Shown: positions 10,164 through 20,433 of the stretch, in pieces
How the letters are laid out: the number at the start of each line of letters is the position of its first letter
Numbering within the stretch: the stretch's first letter is position 1
DNA from: a virus
DNA: 64,000 bases
IMG/VR virus record: IMGVR_UViG_3300027969_000055
Coordinates: 32,001-96,000 of that record
Strand: one strand, 5' to 3'
The notes under the pieces: model-generated
The model's database searches: none
Seen by the model: the letters and a program-made list of their open reading frames with translations, nothing else
Told to the model about the DNA's origin: nothing
Program-made: the position numbers and the translations under genes

Positions 10164-10187
10164 TAATTCATATAGTTTTATTAATTA

Positions 10188-10214
10188 CTTATATTTAACA
10201 ATCAGATAAAGTTT
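10188..10214 (-). promoter_or_regulatory. Putative promoter AAACT-N16-TATAAG
   Basis: Recurring motif. Confidence 0.6.
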
Positions 10215-10250
10215 TAGCCGAAGATTCTAGAAGTTGAGTTAGATCGGCTA

Positions 10251-10258
10251 ATAAATAA
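10251..10258 (+). promoter_or_regulatory. Putative late promoter ATAAATAA
   Basis: Precedes + strand cluster. Confidence 0.6.
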
Positions 10259-10262
10259 CTCT

Positions 10263-10445
10263 ATGGAAAAGACGGCTAAAAATATTGATAACTACCGAAA
10301 GGGTAAAGAACCTTTAAAAAATGCAGTTATGCAACATCCAACTGGTAATGATGTATACGATTTTTTACAAAAGAATATTGAGCGTGACTTCTGGGTAACG
10401 CCTTTTTCAAAATGGCAAAAAGCCCAAAAATATCACAAAAACTAA
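10263..10445 (+). CDS. Small hypothetical protein
   Basis: 60 aa; TAATG coupling to next gene. Confidence 0.65.
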   Translation: MEKTAKNIDNYRKGKEPLKNAVMQHPTGNDVYDFLQKNIERDFWVTPFSKWQKAQKYHKN

Positions 10446-10864
10446 TGTTCGGATTAGAAGATTTAACAGAACCTCAAACTGGCTCAGAAAATACAATTTC
10501 GTATTTTATGCTATCTCTTATGCAGATAGCTGATCAAGCTAAAATTATACACTGGCAAACTGGGTATGATACAGAACACCGTCACTTTGGAATGTTTTAC
10601 GAAACTTTCATTGAGCAAATGGATACACTAGTAGAGGCAATTGCTGGTAAATACGGTGCACAACACCTTAAATTTGGCGAAGCTGCAATTATGGTATACG
10701 ATTATGAACTATCAAGAACTGAATTTTTTAATTTGGTTCAAGAAGCTCTTCGTGGAACATTTTGCGAGATTTTTGAAAAAGATAAAGACTCTGAATTATA
10801 TAATTTAGTGGACGAAATTCTAGACTTAACTAACAAAACTCAGTATTTACTGCAACAAAAGTAA
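10445..10864 (+). CDS. Ferritin/Dps-like four-helix protein
   Basis: HWQT...EHRHFG.FYE...D.LVE pattern; start taken at ATG 10445. Confidence 0.7.
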   Translation: MFGLEDLTEPQTGSENTISYFMLSLMQIADQAKIIHWQTGYDTEHRHFGMFYETFIEQMDTLVEAIAGKYGAQHLKFGEAAIMVYDYELSRTEFFNLVQEALRGTFCEIFEKDKDSELYNLVDEILDLTNKTQYLLQQK

Positions 10865-10865
10865 T

Positions 10866-12428
10866 ATGTTTCTAAACGTAAAAAGACTATCAATATTCGA
10901 GAAGTTAATTCTTGAAACTGACTTGATTCAAATTGGATCAAGCGTTAGTGGCCTATTGGATAAAGCAAAGGAGGCTAATTCTAGACAAGAAAATGACTCT
11001 AATAAAAAGATTGATATAACTTCTTACGTTAATCAATTATTAGATTACCTGTTTAGCTTGGGAGAAGAAGAGCTTGATGCAAAGTTGAATGATCCAGCTT
11101 TTATGAAGGTGTTTAGTGATCCTAAAGTAAAGGACCTATTTGATACTTATTTTACTTACTTAGAGGATGAATTGCGAGGTTTTCGTGAAGAGTTAAGCCA
11201 AGCACTTAATGAACCTGAAATTAATGTTCAAAAAGTTGAGAAGATAACTCAAAAAATGATGATCTTTGCAGCTAGGACTCAAGTAGTTGAAAGAATTTAC
11301 ACAAAGCAGTCGGAAACTGGCCAATCGGAGTTTAGCACTGAAATTAATGAAAAGGTTAAAAAGATTCAACAAGACCTACTTGATATTTATGCGTTAAAGG
11401 TTATGCTACCAGCTAAAAAAACACAAGAGGCGTATTCACAATATCAAGCGGCCCAAACCGAAGAAGATAAAACTGAGGCGGCTACTAAAATTTTGTTAAG
11501 TATCGAAGCAGCTGACCAAATGTCAGAGGATATGCCGCCTGAGGTAGTTACTGGAATTGAAACAGCAAATGATGAATATCAGAAAAAGATTGAAAATGAT
11601 TTAGGAAAAGAAACCTTAGCAAACATATTATCAGGAGTTCATGTAAATAAAAACGTTGCATCATTGATTCGTAGAATATTTCAGTTTCAATATACAATGT
11701 GGACAAATGAAGATGATATTAACCGAGAAGCAAATTCGCTTAAAGTTAGTATTAACGGTTTTCCTGACGTATCGGAAGATGCTAAAGAATACCTACGTAG
11801 GCTAGTTGAAAATATCCAGGCTGAACTACTTAATAAAGCCAAAAACAAAGAATTTGATACTAAAAAATATAAGGGAATTCATTATGATTTCAATAAGAAA
11901 TTACCCCTATATGAAAGAACTGCACTACCTGTTACAGGTAAACAAATCGCAGATGATTCTAAATTAATGAAATTTAGAAAAGCTTCGCAAGATCTAATGG
12001 CACTTATTTTCGGCGCCGGCGGTGCACCCGATACTGAAACAGGTCGAGCATTTGCGGCAACTGGTAAGCATCTACACACGATCTATGCAAAAAGTCTCAA
12101 CGGCTTAGGTAAAGTTATCGGAAAAGCAATTGGAGGTAGAGAAGGTGAAATGAAGGCTGATGCTTATACTCGAATGTTTATATTAGACACATCAGTAGTT
12201 GATCAGAAAAAACCAAAACAAGTTAGTGAAGACGGCGGAGTATCTGCCCCAGGAGTAGCTATTCAAACCCCAGGCTCAATTGGATCAATGGGACCAATTA
12301 CACCGCCTACTCAAACTACATTAGGTTCAGGAGATAACTTTGGACCAAAAATTAATAAAAAGAAAACCAAAAAATCTTCATCCATTCTTGGATTTGCGGA
12401 TTTTATAAAAGAACAAAATAATTTATAA
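10866..12428 (+). CDS. Helical hypothetical protein, candidate virion internal protein
   Basis: 520 aa; IFEKLILE near N-terminus and ILGFADFIKE at C-terminus. Confidence 0.75.
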   Translation: MFLNVKRLSIFEKLILETDLIQIGSSVSGLLDKAKEANSRQENDSNKKIDITSYVNQLLDYLFSLGEEELDAKLNDPAFMKVFSDPKVKDLFDTYFTYLEDELRGFREELSQALNEPEINVQKVEKITQKMMIFAARTQVVERIYTKQSETGQSEFSTEINEKVKKIQQDLLDIYALKVMLPAKKTQEAYSQYQAAQTEEDKTEAATKILLSIEAADQMSEDMPPEVVTGIETANDEYQKKIENDLGKETLANILSGVHVNKNVASLIRRIFQFQYTMWTNEDDINREANSLKVSINGFPDVSEDAKEYLRRLVENIQAELLNKAKNKEFDTKKYKGIHYDFNKKLPLYERTALPVTGKQIADDSKLMKFRKASQDLMALIFGAGGAPDTETGRAFAATGKHLHTIYAKSLNGLGKVIGKAIGGREGEMKADAYTRMFILDTSVVDQKKPKQVSEDGGVSAPGVAIQTPGSIGSMGPITPPTQTTLGSGDNFGPKINKKKTKKSSSILGFADFIKEQNNL

Positions 12429-12430
12429 AA

Positions 12431-12868
12431 ATGAAATTAGTTAAAACATTTGAAAACTTTATGCATAGTGGGCCGGATACTGCTCATCAAGCTAACACCT
12501 TAGACATTCCACAACACGCTGCTGGAATGGACCATGAGTCTAATCATGAAGTTGAGAACTATATGTTCTTTGGAAATTTAAAAACACTTCAGCGTTTAAT
12601 TAATATCATGTTGGAAATGGACCCAATGAAGGTTGATCAAATATTAAAAAATGGTCATAATTGGGCAGAAGACCATATAACATCATCAAAAGATGATATT
12701 GAAGAAGTTGCAGATTTCTTAATGGGAGAAATGACCGAAAAGGAAACTTACGAATCTAGCACAATGTCATATTCATGTAATGAATGTGGTACAATGTATG
12801 AAGCGCATGAGATTAATGAAGACCACCTGTGCTCATGTGGTAGTAAATTAGAAGAAAATTGGGGATAA
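12431..12868 (+). CDS. Hypothetical protein with C-terminal Zn ribbon
   Basis: MKLVKTFENF start; CNECG...CSCG. Confidence 0.75.
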   Translation: MKLVKTFENFMHSGPDTAHQANTLDIPQHAAGMDHESNHEVENYMFFGNLKTLQRLINIMLEMDPMKVDQILKNGHNWAEDHITSSKDDIEEVADFLMGEMTEKETYESSTMSYSCNECGTMYEAHEINEDHLCSCGSKLEENWG

Positions 12869-12870
12869 TT

Positions 12871-13344
12871 ATGAAAAACAATTACGTTAAACCTTTCGGT
12901 ATATTTAATGAGTCATTAGAAGAGTCAGTATCTGCTGGTTCAAATTGGTATTATGGAATAGCTGATTGCCATGGATTAGAATCCTTTATGAAGGAACCAG
13001 ATATGGCTGATGCAAATGAGTTAGATGACCTATTTGACTTGGGGCTTAGTGATACTGATTCAAAAAACGATCCTGTTAAAAAGGAGTATGTTGGTAATTT
13101 ATCAATGATGCAAATGCGCTGTAGATACAATGGTCAACGTCATCCGGTTGTTTATAGAGCCAAATTATCAGAAGACGATGCCGATATGGTACAAGATCTA
13201 TTAGATAGCGGTGACTATATTAATGCACTTAATGTAGTTAAGGGAAATTCACAAGAAGTTCAATTAGCCAGAGGTGGAAATGGCTCAGCTGAAAAAGCTT
13301 GGAAGATGATTCCAAATCCGGATTTGGATCCAATGCACTATTAA
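12871..13344 (+). CDS. Hypothetical protein
   Basis: ATG 12871, MKNNYVKPFGIFNE. Confidence 0.72.
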   Translation: MKNNYVKPFGIFNESLEESVSAGSNWYYGIADCHGLESFMKEPDMADANELDDLFDLGLSDTDSKNDPVKKEYVGNLSMMQMRCRYNGQRHPVVYRAKLSEDDADMVQDLLDSGDYINALNVVKGNSQEVQLARGGNGSAEKAWKMIPNPDLDPMHY

Positions 13345-13378
13345 CAAATAAATATTAAAAAATATAAACCAAAAAACA

Positions 13379-13684
13379 ATGAAGCTCTCAGTAGGTGACA
13401 AAATTAGGATTCACGTAGATGTGGAAGAAATGCAAAACGATTTGCTTGAAATGGTAGATGGCCAAGAAGCAATCGTTACCGAAATCTATCAAAATAGTTA
13501 TGAACCTGATGTCGATCGAATTGAAGTTGAATTAGTTAATCCAGTTGAGTTTCATGGACAAAACCTAGTGGTTGTTCCAGGTTTATATATGGATAATATT
13601 GAAAAGATTGAAAAAATTCAAGAAAGCAAGAAAACTAGTAACCGCTACTTACGTAGATTCGTTGGCACTTTTGCAAATTATTAA
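13379..13684 (+). CDS. Hypothetical protein, possible SH3/KOW-like fold
   Basis: LSVGDKIRI start, 101 aa. Confidence 0.68.
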   Translation: MKLSVGDKIRIHVDVEEMQNDLLEMVDGQEAIVTEIYQNSYEPDVDRIEVELVNPVEFHGQNLVVVPGLYMDNIEKIEKIQESKKTSNRYLRRFVGTFANY

Positions 13685-13686
13685 TT

Positions 13687-14214
13687 ATGAAGTCAGGTAT
13701 AAAATTGTTTGAAGCATTTTACGGAAAGGATTATTTAGAGCATGAATTTCACAAGTATGATATTGACGTTGAGTTCTATAGGACAGTTATTAGGTATCCA
13801 GCCGGTACAGACGTGGCAGATTTAGCCGAATTAGGCTTAGCTGACAATGTTGCTGAGATTGAAGATATTAGTTTTAATACAGTTAAGATTACCTATGAGA
13901 TGAAACCTTATTTTGATAATGAGGGAATTCCTGAAATTGACTTTATATTAAGGACTGTTTATATTGCTGGCGAGTATTCAATATGGGATGATAATATGGA
14001 GGAAGAAGATCGACATGACTTTGAAATTGAAGATGCTGGACCATTTGATGGTAGATTTCAAGTAAAATGGGGCGGATTACCCTTTTATCCAAAAAATATA
14101 TCGATTAGTGTTCCGTGGTCAACTATTAAAAATGGGGTTCAAACTAAACACCCATTTGACCCAAATGCACCAGAACCATCTAAATTTGGATATGAAATTG
14201 AAATTGGTGAATAA
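13687..14214 (+). CDS. Acidic hypothetical protein
   Basis: MKSGIKLFEAF start. Confidence 0.72.
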   Translation: MKSGIKLFEAFYGKDYLEHEFHKYDIDVEFYRTVIRYPAGTDVADLAELGLADNVAEIEDISFNTVKITYEMKPYFDNEGIPEIDFILRTVYIAGEYSIWDDNMEEEDRHDFEIEDAGPFDGRFQVKWGGLPFYPKNISISVPWSTIKNGVQTKHPFDPNAPEPSKFGYEIEIGE

Positions 14215-14237
14215 TACTTAAATCTATTGATATTTAC

Positions 14238-14268
14238 AAAAGGAAGGTCTTACAATCTTCCTTTTTTT
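14238..14268 (+). terminator. Intrinsic terminator
   Basis: aaaaggaag...cttcctttt plus T tract. Confidence 0.75.
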
Positions 14269-14278
14269 ATTTAGGTCG

Positions 14279-14286
14279 ATAAATAA
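14279..14286 (+). promoter_or_regulatory. Putative late promoter of baseplate operon
   Basis: ATAAATAA. Confidence 0.65.
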
Positions 14287-14310
14287 CCTTATAAAAAATA
14301 GTTTAATAAT

Positions 14311-16347
14311 ATGTCTGACATAAATCCAACCCTTGGACTACCATTAATCACAGCAGAAGCATTTGCTGGAGTTAACTATTTGGAAAAATTAGCAGCTCCA
14401 ATTGGCGCATCTGGATTTGCTGCATTGGCTAAGGGAATCGCAAGTAACTCTGGCGATGGTGGGTTTTTGCAGACTAATGTAAGTTCAATATTTAATAAGT
14501 TTGCAGTATTTCAATATGCAGCATTTAATGCCGGCTCAATATATAAACCGGAAGGTCACTTTATTGGATTTTCAAGTAATTTAAAATCAGATGTTGATTA
14601 CGTTGCTCAATCAACGGCACAGATGATACTTAAAAAAACTGTGCTTGAGAATATTACAAGTGGAAAGCTTAGCAGTACGCCTGACCGTAAGAAAAAGGCA
14701 GCTGATGCATTAGCTGCATTAGGCGGACTTACTCAAGGGACTGCTCAGCAAGCTCGTAGCTTTAAATCAAATATTGAAAGTTCACTGTCTAATCCAACTG
14801 CACCAGTTTTAATAAATTGGGGAGCAACCAAATCAGCAGGCTCACCAGTCGGATTTCAACCCTACTCTTTAACTGATTTTATGTTTTGTAAAGATTACGG
14901 TAAGATCCCAAATAATAGATTAATAACATTACGTAGGTACCCATTTCCAATTGATGATTCCCTAAGATTAGGTCAAACTGACCAAAGACGTAATGCATTA
15001 CCGATTGCACAAGCAGTTACTTGGTTTGGTAGTGATACTGGTAACTCATTAAGTAACCTTGGAGTTTTTAAATGGGATATGACGTTTAGTGATGTTGAGG
15101 TTACTGAACAAACAATTACCGGTAATGAAATAACTTTAAAGGAGGTACTTGATTTATTTAAAGGGGTTCCAGGCGGTGACGTTATTGCCAATACGTTAAC
15201 TACTGCATACGCAACGATTAATGGAACAGATGAGTCAATCCAGCAGCAGAGTGGTTTTGAAGAAAAGATACAAAAGTTTCAAAAGAATTTGTACGATTCA
15301 ACAAGTGGCCCATATTGGAATCGCATATATGGTCCAGTAAATGTTATTCATAAATCAAGTAAACGTAGTAGAGGAATGCAAAATCAAAATTGGAATAATC
15401 CATTTACTATAAACTTTAAATATTCGTTTAGATCATTTAATGGTATGAGTCCAAAGGTTGTAGCACTAGACTTAATTTCAAATTTTATTAACTTAACGTA
15501 TAATGATGCCCAATTTTTAGGTCAACTTGCTAGGTATTTTCCAAAGACTGGACTAAAAATGAGCCCAACCACAACTGAGGCCTTTGGTAAAATTTTAACA
15601 AGTTGGGGAAGCAGCTATACTGGAAATAACTCTGACGAATTTAATAAAATTTTAACAAGTATGACTAGTGCATTAGAAAAGGCAGGTAGTGCAATTCAAA
15701 ATAATCTAGTATCTACAATCGGAAAGGGTCTTCAAACTGGCTTAATGGCACCTGATAAATTAGGAAAAGCAATTCCTGAGCTTATTGGAATTAAAGCTGC
15801 ACAGTCAGACCGCCCGGTTGGGGAATGGCATATTGTTGTCGGTAATCCGCTTAACCCAATTTTTGTAATGGGAGATTTGTTGTGTACTTCAGTTGATCTG
15901 AAATGGGATGAAGAGCTTGGCCCTGACGATTTTCCAACTGGTGTTAGCTTTTCAGTAAATTTAAAACAGGCAAAGCCTAGAGATAAAACAGCAATTGAAA
16001 GAATGTTAAACCTTGGAGAGACTAAATTAACCTCAGGTATGATTAGGACATCTTCACTTAATGATACGTTTGGTGATGAGAATAATAAATTATGGAGCGC
16101 AATTGAAGCAACGGCTGATGGTAAGCAAGATAAATCGCTGCAAGCTTATTATGATAGCCTCAAAGACGGAGACCCTGAAAATGGTAAACCTGGTACAAAG
16201 GACCGCTATAAAGAATTTAAGAATAGATTCTTGGTTGGATATGGGATAACTGAGGCTTCTGTAAAATTACAGCAAGCAAATAAAGGACCGATACTCGATG
16301 ATAGCTTATTATTGTTTTATTATCAGAGACAATACGGTAAAAACTAA
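14311..16347 (+). CDS. Probable baseplate/tail structural protein
   Basis: 678 aa, first gene of operon with gp53-like and gp5-like genes. Confidence 0.55.
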   Translation: MSDINPTLGLPLITAEAFAGVNYLEKLAAPIGASGFAALAKGIASNSGDGGFLQTNVSSIFNKFAVFQYAAFNAGSIYKPEGHFIGFSSNLKSDVDYVAQSTAQMILKKTVLENITSGKLSSTPDRKKKAADALAALGGLTQGTAQQARSFKSNIESSLSNPTAPVLINWGATKSAGSPVGFQPYSLTDFMFCKDYGKIPNNRLITLRRYPFPIDDSLRLGQTDQRRNALPIAQAVTWFGSDTGNSLSNLGVFKWDMTFSDVEVTEQTITGNEITLKEVLDLFKGVPGGDVIANTLTTAYATINGTDESIQQQSGFEEKIQKFQKNLYDSTSGPYWNRIYGPVNVIHKSSKRSRGMQNQNWNNPFTINFKYSFRSFNGMSPKVVALDLISNFINLTYNDAQFLGQLARYFPKTGLKMSPTTTEAFGKILTSWGSSYTGNNSDEFNKILTSMTSALEKAGSAIQNNLVSTIGKGLQTGLMAPDKLGKAIPELIGIKAAQSDRPVGEWHIVVGNPLNPIFVMGDLLCTSVDLKWDEELGPDDFPTGVSFSVNLKQAKPRDKTAIERMLNLGETKLTSGMIRTSSLNDTFGDENNKLWSAIEATADGKQDKSLQAYYDSLKDGDPENGKPGTKDRYKEFKNRFLVGYGITEASVKLQQANKGPILDDSLLLFYYQRQYGKN

Positions 16348-16357
16348 TTACTATAAT

Positions 16358-16957
16358 ATGATAGATTTAAAAATACTAGGAAATAAACTAAGTTTTACAA
16401 AAATAAATGGCGATGTTGTTACTGACTTAACTAGAAGAAGTGTTTCATTTAAAGGAGTGTTAGTTAATCAAGGTAAAAGTTTCATCGTTGATGATGGATT
16501 ACAGATGAGGGGAGACCTGCTTTCAAAAATCCTATATCAGACTACTTCATTTATGTGTGTTTTATTTAAGTATAATGGAATATCAAATCCATTTGCACTA
16601 GATATTAACGATTTTATTAAAGCACCGGACGGGGCTGTGTTATCGTCAATGTTAACAACACCGGATAATATTAATGGAAGTAATAATAATTGGGAGAATT
16701 CTACCCGAAAGAAGAAGAAAACCGCATTAATTTCTCCAAAAACTAAACAGGATAAAAATCGACTTGACTATTTGCAGAAAAATTCAAATGCGGTAGTTGC
16801 ACCTCCGAATATAGCCAAAGACACTTCAGTAAAAGTTGTGAATGGTAAGATTGTTTTCGGAAATGACGTTACCTCAGTGAAAAAGGATGACTGTCCTGAC
16901 CCAATCTCTAGGACTAAGTTACAGGCTGCCTTGGTAAAAAATAAAATATTCGGTTAA
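16358..16957 (+). CDS. Baseplate wedge protein, gp53/LysM-like
   Basis: RGDLLSKILY...KYNGISNPF pattern; start at ATG 16358. Confidence 0.65.
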   Translation: MIDLKILGNKLSFTKINGDVVTDLTRRSVSFKGVLVNQGKSFIVDDGLQMRGDLLSKILYQTTSFMCVLFKYNGISNPFALDINDFIKAPDGAVLSSMLTTPDNINGSNNNWENSTRKKKKTALISPKTKQDKNRLDYLQKNSNAVVAPPNIAKDTSVKVVNGKIVFGNDVTSVKKDDCPDPISRTKLQAALVKNKIFG

Positions 16958-18453
16958 TGGCAGCAGTTAAAGATTTAATTATACAAACTCTTGACCCTAA
17001 ACTTACTCCTCCGAGTATTAGCGTACTTGATCTTGAAACTCCTGGATCAGATAAAAAGTTTAGGGATGCTGAACGGTCAGGTTATGCTCAGCAATTAGGT
17101 AAAAAATCTCCATTAATTAAAATTGGAAACTCTATCATTGCTCCAGAGAATGTAATATCAATGGATGTATCAATGAATTCAATTGTACCAACTATTCATG
17201 TAGCAGTAATTGATACAATGGGAACCTTAACTTCAAGAACGTATCCTAGAACAAGTTTATTGATCACGGCATTTGTTGCACAAAGTCATCCAAAACTAAA
17301 ATCATTTTCTCAATCTTTCTTAATTACAAATGTTCATTCAATACCATTAGGTTCTGGAGAAACTAGATATGATTTTTTTGGAGAATTATACGTTCCAAAT
17401 TTAAACGGAAATTTCATTAAATCGTATAATGGACTAACTTCAGCGCAAGCACTAAAAAAGATAGCTGAAGAGTTAGGCTTAGGCTTTGCAACAAATGAAG
17501 ATACCACAAACGATAAAATGACATGGATTAATCCTAACTTGAATTATAAATCATTTATTAAGCAAATAACCGATCACTCATATAAAAATGAAAAGTCTTT
17601 TTTTGAATGTTTTATTGATCGATATTATGTGCTTAATTTTATTAATGTTGAAAAACAATTTAAACAATTTAGCGATGATAAGGAAATATCAGACGGCTAT
17701 CCAGCAATATCAACTGACTCAATTGATACATCTAGAGCAGCGAGTGGAAATATTGTACAAGTACCGGACGCAACAATTAAACTTATTTTGACAAATTCAT
17801 CAACTGGTGATAAATCTTCTGAGCTGAAAATTTTAGAATATTCAATGATTGGTGAAAATGGAGATATTTTAAAAACTAAAGGTTTTAGAAAAAGAATTTT
17901 TGTTTATAAACATGGGGAAGCTGATCCTGTTAAAAATTGGTTTGTTGAACCTCTATCTGAACCGTCAGCAAATGGCGTAAGCGTATATCAATCTCCGGAT
18001 TTAAAGGATTATATTGATAATGATGTAGTTAAATGGATGGGTACAGATTATAGTAATTCACATTTGAATTATAAGTTTGCTAAGCTATTAAATAATCATA
18101 ATATGGCAGAAGCTGATAAAAATTCGTTGTTAGTTAAATTGCCTGGGTTTAATCATAATATACTTAAAGGAAGTAGAATTAAAGTAAATATATTTTCTAA
18201 CAGAGTTCAGCAGTTAAGTCATGATAAAATACAAAATGACTTGGCTGAACCGGTTGATTCGCAAAAATCTGATAATCCAATGGAAAGTAGAGCCTCTGCT
18301 GAAATATTAGATACATATTTAAGCGATACTTATTACGTAAAGAGTATTGAATATCACTATAATATTTTGGACCCGGAATATAAATTTAAAACAACAATGA
18401 TTTTAAGTAGAAAAAATTGGGTGCCTGAACCTAAGGTAGAAAATAAAGCATAA
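16957..18453 (+). CDS. Baseplate hub-like protein (gp27/VgrG-type)
   Basis: ALKKIAEELGL, YYVKSIEYHY; upstream of gp5. Confidence 0.55.
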   Translation: MAAVKDLIIQTLDPKLTPPSISVLDLETPGSDKKFRDAERSGYAQQLGKKSPLIKIGNSIIAPENVISMDVSMNSIVPTIHVAVIDTMGTLTSRTYPRTSLLITAFVAQSHPKLKSFSQSFLITNVHSIPLGSGETRYDFFGELYVPNLNGNFIKSYNGLTSAQALKKIAEELGLGFATNEDTTNDKMTWINPNLNYKSFIKQITDHSYKNEKSFFECFIDRYYVLNFINVEKQFKQFSDDKEISDGYPAISTDSIDTSRAASGNIVQVPDATIKLILTNSSTGDKSSELKILEYSMIGENGDILKTKGFRKRIFVYKHGEADPVKNWFVEPLSEPSANGVSVYQSPDLKDYIDNDVVKWMGTDYSNSHLNYKFAKLLNNHNMAEADKNSLLVKLPGFNHNILKGSRIKVNIFSNRVQQLSHDKIQNDLAEPVDSQKSDNPMESRASAEILDTYLSDTYYVKSIEYHYNILDPEYKFKTTMILSRKNWVPEPKVENKA

Positions 18454-18455
18454 TT

Positions 18456-19541
18456 ATGGCAGTAGAATTTAAAACTAATGGACCAAAAAGATGGAAGCAG
18501 TTTGTAAAAAGTTCGCTTAACGATGTGCAAGATCCAGTGTTCCTAACATTTGATCTAGACTTTTTTCCTCCGACTAATCAACGAAACGCAACGAATGATG
18601 GATTATTTTGGGATGGCTTACTTAAGAAACCAACTGATCAAAAATCCGATACGAATGAGTATAATGTGGTAGAATGGAAAGCGATTGACTGGTTGTATGC
18701 GTATGGTTCTCCATGGACAAAAAAGAATTTTCAATATTTAGGAGATGCAATTGTATTATTAGAACAATTACAAGAGAGCCCATGGTATTTTCAATCAATT
18801 ATGGGAGCAGATCAATTATGGAAAGCCGCGAGTAGAGTTAAGGAAGGAGATAAAAAAGTTGAAATTACAATAAATTGCCTAGATTCAATACAACAGCCAT
18901 TGCTTAAATTCGCAGAATCTTATCGTAGAGCAATTTATGATTTTGATAAATTATGTTACACCCTACCGGATAATCTTAGAACATTTGATATGACAATTAC
19001 TCTATTTGAAATTAGAGATATTAATGATAAAGCTGGAAATTTAGAAAATGGACTACACCAGTTAAAGTACAGATTGCAAAGATGTGAATTTGATTTTTCA
19101 GATATACTTAGTGGATCAGGCTCTACTGAAATTAAAGCCTATACTGAGGATAAGCCATTTAATACGTCATTCAAAATTAGAGCAGCATGGGTTTTAGAAG
19201 AATCTGAGGCATCAACTGAATCTGATTATCAGTCGCTTGGTATTTTTTCAGGCTTGGCAAGTTCTCTTGAGGGTAGAGCTCAAAGATTTTTACAAAGCGC
19301 AGCAAGGTTACCAGCTCGAATAATTGGTGACATTACTAATCAATTACAAACTAGACTTGAAACCGCGGTGGGCCAAAATGTGTATAATAGATCTACTGAG
19401 GTTCTTGGAACAAACCGAATATTTGGCAGAACTTCGCCAATTGGACCAGGCGGTGGATCAGTTGTGAATGCCGATATTTACCCAGGAGTAGATAAGAAGC
19501 CTACAATTAAGGACGGAGATTTGGGTGATGTTTATCCATAA
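18456..19541 (+). CDS. Probable tail-tube-related baseplate protein (gp48/gp54-like)
   Basis: Context; beta-rich motifs ITINCLDS, FDMTITLFE. Confidence 0.45.
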   Translation: MAVEFKTNGPKRWKQFVKSSLNDVQDPVFLTFDLDFFPPTNQRNATNDGLFWDGLLKKPTDQKSDTNEYNVVEWKAIDWLYAYGSPWTKKNFQYLGDAIVLLEQLQESPWYFQSIMGADQLWKAASRVKEGDKKVEITINCLDSIQQPLLKFAESYRRAIYDFDKLCYTLPDNLRTFDMTITLFEIRDINDKAGNLENGLHQLKYRLQRCEFDFSDILSGSGSTEIKAYTEDKPFNTSFKIRAAWVLEESEASTESDYQSLGIFSGLASSLEGRAQRFLQSAARLPARIIGDITNQLQTRLETAVGQNVYNRSTEVLGTNRIFGRTSPIGPGGGSVVNADIYPGVDKKPTIKDGDLGDVYP

Positions 19542-19580
19542 TTATGATAATAGGTAAAGCGAAAAGTTAAAAAGTGTAAA

Positions 19581-20384
19581 ATGATAGGACCAAATCACGA
19601 TATTGAAAAAGATCCAACTGGATCAGATAACCTAACTACCAAGTTTCTTGGAGAAGTAGTTGACGTTACTGATCCATTACGTGAGGGTCGTTGTAAAATT
19701 AAAGTATTTAGTATTTTTGATACTTTACCGGTTGAAGATATTCCATGGGCAATACAGTCTCAGAAGCCTGCATTTTTTGGTCAAGATGCAAAAGCTGGAT
19801 CAATTTCAATTCCTAAAAAGGGTGCAATTGTAAATGTCCGATTTAATAATGGCGATCTTTATTCTCCGGAATATGAGCAGGTACAGGAAATCGGCGATGA
19901 TATTAAAGAAGAACTTAAAAAGAGTACTGATTACGAATATGAAGGAGCTCACTATATCTTATTTGATGGAGATGAGCAAATTAAATTTTGGTTCAATAAA
20001 GGTAAAGGATTAACTCTTGAGATGAAAGACTCTTACCTAAACATTGATCAGAATTCTAAAATTGAACTTTATCATAAAGACGGCCTATCTTCAGTTGAAT
20101 TAGATGGAAATGTTATTACAGTAATGAGTCAATCTCAAGTAAACGTAGTTTCAAATTCAATTAAAACCAGTGCTCAAAATGTTCATATTGATGGTAAAAC
20201 AACCCGGATCGGCTCGTCTAATATTGTTGAAAGTGCAGTGATGGGCGATACCTTATATGCGGCTCTATTTGTATTAGCTGCAATGATTGATGCTAAAATG
20301 CCTTCAACTCCAGGAGCAGCACAACAATATATACAAAATATAAGAGATGCACTGCTCTCTGAAACGGTTGCAATTGGCCATTAA
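19581..20384 (+). CDS. Baseplate spike gp5-like (OB fold plus beta repeats, no lysozyme domain seen)
   Basis: FLGEVVDVTDPLREGRCKIKV...PWA...IPKKGAIVNVRF. Confidence 0.85.
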   Translation: MIGPNHDIEKDPTGSDNLTTKFLGEVVDVTDPLREGRCKIKVFSIFDTLPVEDIPWAIQSQKPAFFGQDAKAGSISIPKKGAIVNVRFNNGDLYSPEYEQVQEIGDDIKEELKKSTDYEYEGAHYILFDGDEQIKFWFNKGKGLTLEMKDSYLNIDQNSKIELYHKDGLSSVELDGNVITVMSQSQVNVVSNSIKTSAQNVHIDGKTTRIGSSNIVESAVMGDTLYAALFVLAAMIDAKMPSTPGAAQQYIQNIRDALLSETVAIGH

Positions 20385-20409
20385 ACTTATTTTGGCTAAT
20401 TAGTATTAG
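20383..20409 (+). promoter_or_regulatory. Putative promoter AAACT-N16-TATTAG
   Basis: Recurring motif upstream of dnaJ. Confidence 0.5.
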
Positions 20410-20433
20410 ATACTAAATTACAATTCACATTTT

